From NCBI GenBank assembly GCA_001661245.1, contig KV454013.1, forward strand, positions 1,644,502 through 1,666,502: DNA of 22,001 nucleotides, written 5' to 3'. A program made the translations under genes and the position numbers. Shown one piece after another: positions 16,063 through 22,001 of this stretch; the stretch's first letter is position 1; each line of letters opens with the position of its first letter. This DNA is from Pachysolen tannophilus NRRL Y-2460. Taxonomy: Eukaryota. The notes beneath the pieces were generated by a model. The model saw nothing but the letters and a program-made list of their open reading frames with translations, did no database searches and had not been told where the DNA came from.

Positions 16063-19000
16063 ATGTTACGAGGTAGCGGTAGCTTGGGTGTTTCTAGGGT
16101 TAATACTAAGAAATTGTTATGTCGTGCTTCTAGTGGTCAAGCGCCGAGGTATGATGTAGATAAGATGATGCTGAAGTATCCGATTGGTTTGGAGGCGAAT
16201 GGATTTAAAGTTCAAAGGGTAGTTGTAGTACCTGAATTTTCATTAACCGCTGTTGAATTAAGTCATGAAAGAACAGGTGCTTTGCATTTACATATTGATA
16301 GGGATGATAAGAATAATGTATTTGGGATTATATTTAAGACTAATCCTCCGAATAAGACTGGTGTTGCTCATATTTTGGAGCATACTACTTTATGTGGTTC
16401 AGAAAAATATCCAGTTAGAGATCCTTTTTTCAAAATGTTAAATAGAAGTTTAGCTAATTTTATGAATGCAATGACTGCTCATGATCATACTTTTTATCCC
16501 TTTGCTACTACAAATAAGATTGATTATAAAAATTTGACTGATGTTTATTTGGATTCAACTTTAAAACCTTTACTTAGAGAAGAAGATTTTCAACAAGAAG
16601 GTTGGAGATTAGAAAATGAAAATTTAAAAGATAAAGAAAGTCCATTGATTTTTAAAGGTGTTGTTTATAATGAAATGAAAGGTCAAGTTTCAAATAGTTC
16701 ATATTTTTTTTGGATTAAATTTCAAGAATCAATTTATCCTTCATTAAATAATTCTGGTGGTGATCCAACAAAAATTACAGATTTAACTTATTGGGATTTA
16801 TTAGATTTTCATAAACAAAATTATCATCCTTCAAATTCAAAAATTTTTACATATGGTGATTTAAAATTAATTGATATTTTAGAAAAATTAAATAAAAATT
16901 TTAAAAATTTTGGTAAAAGATCAAATAAAAATATAGTTAAAAAACATATGCCATTATTGGAATCAAAAAATATTATTATAGAAGGTCCAATTGATACAAT
17001 GGTTCCATTGGATAAACAATTTAAGACTTCTATTACTTGGTATGCAGGTGATCCAAAAGATGTTTATAATACTTTTTTATTAAAAATCTTGTCAACTTTA
17101 TTAAATGATGGTCATTCTGCTCCATTTTATCAAGAATTAATTGAAAAAGGAATTGGAATTGATTTTTCTATAAATTCTGGAGTTGAATCAATGCCAGAAA
17201 TTAACTTATTTACTGTTGGTTTACAAGGTTTAAACGAAGAGAATTCAAATAAATTGGAAGAAATAATTAATGATATATTAATTAAAGTAATTGAAAAAGG
17301 ATTTGAAAGTAAAAGAATTCAAGCTATTATTCAACAATTAGAAATTAGTAAAAAAATGGAAAGTGCTGAATTTGGTATGAATTTATTATACAGTTTAATT
17401 CCAGGTTGGGTTAATGATGTTGATCCTTTAGAAATGTTAAAATTTAATGAAACTATACTGAAATTAAATAAAGATTTTATTAAAAAAGGTGATAAAATTT
17501 TCATAGAATTAATTGAAAAATATTTAATTAAAAAACCTAACTTTAAATTTTCTATGAAACCACTGGAAAATTTTCAAGATTTAATTATTAAAGAGGAACA
17601 ATTAAGATTAAATTCTAAAATTAAAAATTTAAATGATAATGAAAAAAAATTATTATATGAACGTGCTTTAAAATTAGAAAATTTACAAAATGAAAAGGAA
17701 GATTTAAAATGTTTACCAACTTTAACTGTTAATGATATTCCAACAAGAGGAGATTTTGTTAAAGTGGATGTAAATGAAAATAATATTACTAATTCAAAAT
17801 GTTATAAAAGATTTTCTCCAAAGACAAATGGTTTGACTTATTTTAGAGCTTTAAAAACACTTGGAACTGAAATTCCAGTAGATTTAATTCCTTATTTACC
17901 TTTATTTACTGAATGTTTAACAAATTTAGGAACCACTGATAAATCAATGTCAGAGTTAGAAGAAGAAATAAAGTTATATACAGGAGGTATTTCATCTTCA
18001 GTTTCTGTTTCATCATCACCTTTTAATATAGATGAGCCAATATTACGTTTTGTTTTAACTGGAGTTGCTCAAAATAAAAATTTTAATTCAGTTTTAAAAA
18101 TTTGGAATACTTTATTAAAGGAAACTGATTTTGAAAAAAATTTGTCTAAATTATCAATTTTGATTAAATCTTTAGCTAATGATAATTTGAATGAAATTAT
18201 TAGTAGTGGACACAGTTTTGCAAAATCTTATAGTAGTTCTAAATTTTCATCAAAGGCTGTAATAGATGAATCACTTAATGGAATAAAACAGGTTGAATTT
18301 TTAAACAAGTTAAATAAATGGAATGAAGAAGGTTTATTATTGGAAAAAGTAGTTCCAAATTTAATTAAATTACAAGAATTAATTGTTAATAAAGATAATT
18401 TTAGAATTATGTTAACTTGTGATGAAAGTATTGCTTTGACAAATGAAAAATTGCTGGATGATTTTATTAATGGTTTGCCATCTAGAACCGGTAAAATAAA
18501 TTCTGATAAACCAACATGGTCATCTTTATTATTACCATCAACTTTAACAAAAGGTTCTAGGTTCAAAAATTTAATAGAAATACCTTCTCAAGTTAATTTC
18601 ACCTCATTATCTAGACCTGGTATACCATATGTTACTAAAGATGGAGCTTCACTACAAATATTATCTCAAATATTGACATTTAAAAAATTGCACAAGGAAA
18701 TAAGAGAAAAAGGTGGTGCATATGGTGGTGGTTCTAGCTACGATGCAATAAATGGGATTTTCAATTTTTATTCTTATAGAGATCCAAACCCAACAAATTC
18801 TCTTCAACAATTTAACGATGTTATGAATAATTATATAGATAAAAGTTTTGCTACTACTGAATCTTTCCTGTTGTTAGAGGAAGTCTCTGATGATAGTCTT
18901 ATCACCACAAGAGATTTAGACCAAGCAAAATTGTCGATTTTCCAACAAATCGATGCTCCTATCAGTGTAAGAGAAGAAGGTTTGAATTACTTTGTTCATG

Positions 19001-19206
19001 GCATCAATGATCAAATCAGACAAGAAAGAAGAGACCATTTGTTAAATGCAGATTTGAATGATATCAAGAGTGCAGCGGAAAAATTCTTGGTACATGGTGA
19101 GGGTCCAACCTCAGAAGTAATCATAGGCACTTTGAAAGATGAAGATTCTAAACTTATCTCCAAGAAAAGTGGCTGGAATAAAGTCAAACTTGGGGTATTC
19201 GACTAA
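16063..19206 (+). CDS. CYM1: Mitochondrial presequence protease (pitrilysin M16C metalloprotease)
   Basis: 1047 aa. Arg/Ser-rich N-terminal presequence, inverted zinc motif HILEH in TGVAHILEHTTLCGSEKYPVRDPFFKMLNRSLANFMNAMT, FKGVVYNEMKG, CLPTL, LHKEIREKGGAYGGG, YSYRDP. Confidence 0.96.
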   Translation: MLRGSGSLGVSRVNTKKLLCRASSGQAPRYDVDKMMLKYPIGLEANGFKVQRVVVVPEFSLTAVELSHERTGALHLHIDRDDKNNVFGIIFKTNPPNKTGVAHILEHTTLCGSEKYPVRDPFFKMLNRSLANFMNAMTAHDHTFYPFATTNKIDYKNLTDVYLDSTLKPLLREEDFQQEGWRLENENLKDKESPLIFKGVVYNEMKGQVSNSSYFFWIKFQESIYPSLNNSGGDPTKITDLTYWDLLDFHKQNYHPSNSKIFTYGDLKLIDILEKLNKNFKNFGKRSNKNIVKKHMPLLESKNIIIEGPIDTMVPLDKQFKTSITWYAGDPKDVYNTFLLKILSTLLNDGHSAPFYQELIEKGIGIDFSINSGVESMPEINLFTVGLQGLNEENSNKLEEIINDILIKVIEKGFESKRIQAIIQQLEISKKMESAEFGMNLLYSLIPGWVNDVDPLEMLKFNETILKLNKDFIKKGDKIFIELIEKYLIKKPNFKFSMKPLENFQDLIIKEEQLRLNSKIKNLNDNEKKLLYERALKLENLQNEKEDLKCLPTLTVNDIPTRGDFVKVDVNENNITNSKCYKRFSPKTNGLTYFRALKTLGTEIPVDLIPYLPLFTECLTNLGTTDKSMSELEEEIKLYTGGISSSVSVSSSPFNIDEPILRFVLTGVAQNKNFNSVLKIWNTLLKETDFEKNLSKLSILIKSLANDNLNEIISSGHSFAKSYSSSKFSSKAVIDESLNGIKQVEFLNKLNKWNEEGLLLEKVVPNLIKLQELIVNKDNFRIMLTCDESIALTNEKLLDDFINGLPSRTGKINSDKPTWSSLLLPSTLTKGSRFKNLIEIPSQVNFTSLSRPGIPYVTKDGASLQILSQILTFKKLHKEIREKGGAYGGGSSYDAINGIFNFYSYRDPNPTNSLQQFNDVMNNYIDKSFATTESFLLLEEVSDDSLITTRDLDQAKLSIFQQIDAPISVREEGLNYFVHGINDQIRQERRDHLLNADLNDIKSAAEKFLVHGEGPTSEVIIGTLKDEDSKLISKKSGWNKVKLGVFD

Positions 19207-19867
19207 AGGGGGAAAATAATTTTGTTCTACTTTGTATATATTTCTTTCTGTATATATCTAATTAACTAACTAACTAACTTTCTCTTTTGTTTTTTTAGAC
19301 TATAAAAAAGTAACTACAACTAATAATAGACTACATTTTAATTTTAAAAATAAATATTGTAAATGTCTTAAAAATCTAATTGAAAAATATATATAATAAA
19401 AACTTGGATAATTTTTGAGATAAAATAAAATGAAAATAAAAAAAACTAAGAGAATCCAAAATTTATAGAATTCTCTTGAAAGTGAAAAACATGAACATGA
19501 TAAACGTAGAAGAAAGTAAAAATTATTATAAAAAAAAGAAAATTTCCAAACAACTCCTAATAAAAAAAAAAAAAAACCCATAATGTATCAGTGATTGAAC
19601 AGTTAAAAAACAAAAAACAAAAAAATCAAATAGTGATAGTCATTGTGATAATAAAAAAACGATAAATAGTTCAGTAAAAGGGGTAAAAAGGGGGTACACC
19701 CGACTGCTTCAAAAACCTATCACAAAAGAATGTTCATTCAAAAATCACGGAAAACAATTTAAAAAGCAAATAATGTAAACTTTTTTCAAAACTTGAGGAA
19801 TAAAAAAAAAAAAAATATGAAATAAAATAAAATGAAATAAAAAAGGGGAAAAGTAGGGAGGGAATCA

Positions 19868-22001
19868 TCAGAAAAGAGCTCCAAGAACGCAAATGAAAAC
19901 AACCATAAATACGGGTTTGCTTACTTTCAAAGAACTTCCCGAGCTTCCATATTCTGATTCTATGGCAGTACTGGAGCCATATGCCGAAGACTGTGTAGAC
20001 GAAGTTGCATGTACAATTTCTGAAGTAGATGCGGTTGCTACCTCACCAATCGTGGTTGTAGTAAAATCTGTTACTATGTCCACCACTGTGACAGTCGTAT
20101 TAGAAGAATTCGAAGTTGATGCCGAAGTCAAACTTTGAGCAGTGACTGGGCAGTAAGTGGTGTAGACTGTAACCACACCAGAAATCGTTTCAGTAACTGT
20201 CGAAAGTGTCGAAGATGCCGCCAAGGCCGAAGAAGAATGGGAACTCAAATTTTCAGCAGTAAGTGGACAGTAAGTAGTAAAGCTCGTAACAACGCCTGAT
20301 ATAGTTTCTGTAACAATTGATAAAGTTAAAGAAGGTGATGAAGTCTGAGAGGTCACAGAACTGAGAGCTGTTTCACCAACCGATGTTGAAGACAACGCTT
20401 TAGGAGTTGTTGTTTCTGACGAGGTTGTAACAACAGACTCAGCTGCCAAAGTGGTCAATTTGCTAACCTCTTCGCTAGTAACAACAGACTCAGCTGCTAA
20501 AGTGGTCATTTTACTAACCCCTTCGCTGGTAACAACAGACTCAGCTGCTAAAGTGGTCATTTTACTAACCCCTTCGCTGCTACCCAGAGTCAATGATTCA
20601 CCTGAAGTCGTAGAAACAGGATTAACAGTGTGAACTGATACCACACCACTAATGGTTTCTGTGACAGCGGAAACACCCAGCTTGCTTGAAGTAGAAGAAG
20701 ATTTTGGACCTGCTTCAGAATTACTACTGTAAGTGGATTCAGAGTGCACTTCAGCTGCTAAACTGGTTGATTCCAGTGACTCTGTAACTGACGTTATTGA
20801 TGACAGTTGAGTTTCCGTAGAGACTGGAATGATATTTGTAGTGTATGTAGTCGGATTACCATATACTGTCGTCGTGATAGTGGTAGCCATTAAAGAAACC
20901 GTGGAAGATGCCTTATTACCAGCGCTATTTGCAAAAGTCGTAGTATACGTTGTACCAGTACCGTAAATAGATGTTGTAACTATGCTAATACCAGCTAAAG
21001 TGCTTGACCTTTCACCACCTGTAGACAAGAACGATACTGTCTCCGTTAAGGAGTTTTTCCCGCTTGTCCCTACCGAAGACGTAGCTTCCGCTATCAATGA
21101 AGATTCGTTTGAGGACGAAGTCAGGAGAGACTCAGAAGAAAAAGCTTTTGAAACGTAAACAGTGCTGAAGCTTGATGGCGCTAAAATAGTTGTAGAAAGA
21201 GTAATTTCAGAACCAGATACTGAAGAAGTGAAGGTGATCGTTATGTAACGACTAGTCGGTAATCCAGATGATGATGACAGCGGCGATGAATTAAGAACAG
21301 GAGGAGCTGTTTCAGTAGTAACAAATGTTTCGGAGCTAGTACCAGAATACACAGCAACCGACGATCGAGTAACAGATGGGTAAAATGAAGACGAAATAAC
21401 TTCGCTACCCACAAGCAAGGAAGAAGCGGTGGTACTGATGGCCAAAACAGAAACTTCAGAAGCAGTCGTAGAAAATGACGAAAGCGGAGAACCAGACAGA
21501 GCGGCAAGGGACGATGAAGCCAACTCAAGAGATGATAACACTAACGACGAAGAAAACTGGGCAGTGGAACTTGAAATTGCAGATGAAGCAGACACATATG
21601 AAGATGTAAGAACAGCAGCTAAAGAACTAGCTGAGCTTGGAATACCAGATACAGCAGAGGAAGCAGCTAACGAACTAGCCAAGCTTGGAATACCAGATAC
21701 AGCAGAGGAAGCAGCTAACGAACTAGCCAAGCTTGGAATACCAGAAACAGCAGAGGAAGCAGCTAACGAACTAGCTGAGATTGGAATACCAGATGAGACT
21801 GAACCCGAAGCAGCAGCTAACGAACTAGCCAAGCTTGGAATACCAGATACAGCAGAGGAAGCAGCTAACGAACTAGCTGAGCTTGGAATACCAGATACAG
21901 CAGAGGAAGCAGCTAAAGAACTAGCCAAGCTTGGAATACCAGAAACAGCAGAGGAAGCAGCTAACGAACTGGCTGAGATTGGAATACCAGACGACATAGA
22001 T
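19868..22001 (-). CDS. Ser/Thr/Ala-rich GPI-anchored cell-wall protein or adhesin (5'-truncated by window edge)
   Basis: The frame stays open to the window end, so the ATG at 21997 is probably internal. Tandem repeats, two TETISGVV..TTYCP motifs (flocculin/Candida cell-wall-type), and a C-terminal GPI signal (ESEYGSSGSSLKVSKP followed by hydrophobic VFMVVFICVLGALF). Confidence 0.85.
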   Translation of the reverse strand, partial: SMSSGIPISASSLAASSAVSGIPSLASSLAASSAVSGIPSSASSLAASSAVSGIPSLASSLAAASGSVSSGIPISASSLAASSAVSGIPSLASSLAASSAVSGIPSLASSLAASSAVSGIPSSASSLAAVLTSSYVSASSAISSSTAQFSSSLVLSSLELASSSLAALSGSPLSSFSTTASEVSVLAISTTASSLLVGSEVISSSFYPSVTRSSVAVYSGTSSETFVTTETAPPVLNSSPLSSSSGLPTSRYITITFTSSVSGSEITLSTTILAPSSFSTVYVSKAFSSESLLTSSSNESSLIAEATSSVGTSGKNSLTETVSFLSTGGERSSTLAGISIVTTSIYGTGTTYTTTFANSAGNKASSTVSLMATTITTTVYGNPTTYTTNIIPVSTETQLSSITSVTESLESTSLAAEVHSESTYSSNSEAGPKSSSTSSKLGVSAVTETISGVVSVHTVNPVSTTSGESLTLGSSEGVSKMTTLAAESVVTSEGVSKMTTLAAESVVTSEEVSKLTTLAAESVVTTSSETTTPKALSSTSVGETALSSVTSQTSSPSLTLSIVTETISGVVTSFTTYCPLTAENLSSHSSSALAASSTLSTVTETISGVVTVYTTYCPVTAQSLTSASTSNSSNTTVTVVDIVTDFTTTTIGEVATASTSEIVHATSSTQSSAYGSSTAIESEYGSSGSSLKVSKPVFMVVFICVLGALF
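20427..20579 (-). repeat. Coding tandem repeat, 3 x 51 bp (SEGVSKMTTLAAESVVT)
   Basis: Units start at 20427, 20478 and 20529 on + (GTAACAACAGACTCAGCTGC..) and are near-identical. Confidence 0.93.
21613..21992 (-). repeat. Coding minisatellite, about 8 units of 48 bp (xxASSLAASSAVSGIP), one of them a 54-bp variant
   Basis: AAGCAGCTAACGAACTAGCCAAGCTTGGAATACCAGATACAGCAGAGG recurs with period 48 (e.g. 21661, 21709, 21757). It probably continues beyond the window. Confidence 0.93.

Noticed and set aside
19300..19581. 93-aa hydrophobic ORF on the minus strand
   Set aside because: Translation of A-rich terminator DNA between convergent genes.
19695..19702. TACACCCG matching the Aft1-type YRCACCCR motif
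   Set aside because: It lies between two convergent 3' ends, not in a promoter, and is a single short match.
2947..21528. Remaining short nested or antisense ORFs in the track (e.g. 2947-3132, 3725-4103, 4923-5147, 7357-7545, 8335-9787, 13629-14137, 18228-18566, 19893-21528)
   Set aside because: All overlap well-supported genes in another frame or strand and show no recognisable motifs.
21613..21992. CRISPR-like appearance of regular repeats
   Set aside because: The units are contiguous, in-frame coding repeats without unique spacers, in a eukaryotic gene.

Overview
AT-rich eukaryotic DNA from a budding yeast (Saccharomycotina), gene-dense, with one assembly gap (N 10916-11193). There are nine protein-coding genes: the 3' part of a YOR1-like ABCC transporter (+), a two-exon Pumilio/PUF protein of the Mcp2/Puf8-like type (+), a two-exon conserved fungal helical/TPR-like protein (-), the mitochondrial carrier OAC1 (+), MYND-finger MUB1/samB (-), proteasome lid subunit RPN9 (-), a PTM1-like 7TM protein (-), the mitochondrial presequence protease CYM1 (+), and the 3' part of a repeat-rich GPI-anchored cell-wall protein (-). 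Two spliceosomal introns missed by the ORF track are supported by donor, branch and acceptor motifs and by frame restoration. Main points of interest: (1) CTG codons appear not to encode Leu (Ala favoured, Ser possible); (2) the PUF protein has a non-canonical RNA-recognition triplet in repeat 8; (3) the adjacent MUB1 and RPN9 genes both have Rpn4/PACE-like sites upstream; (4) a perfect 24-bp inverted repeat lies in the PTM1/CYM1 divergent promoter; (5) several genes show intragenic base-composition gradients. No RNA gene, transposon ORF or CRISPR array could be supported. Homolog comparisons are from memory, not from searches.
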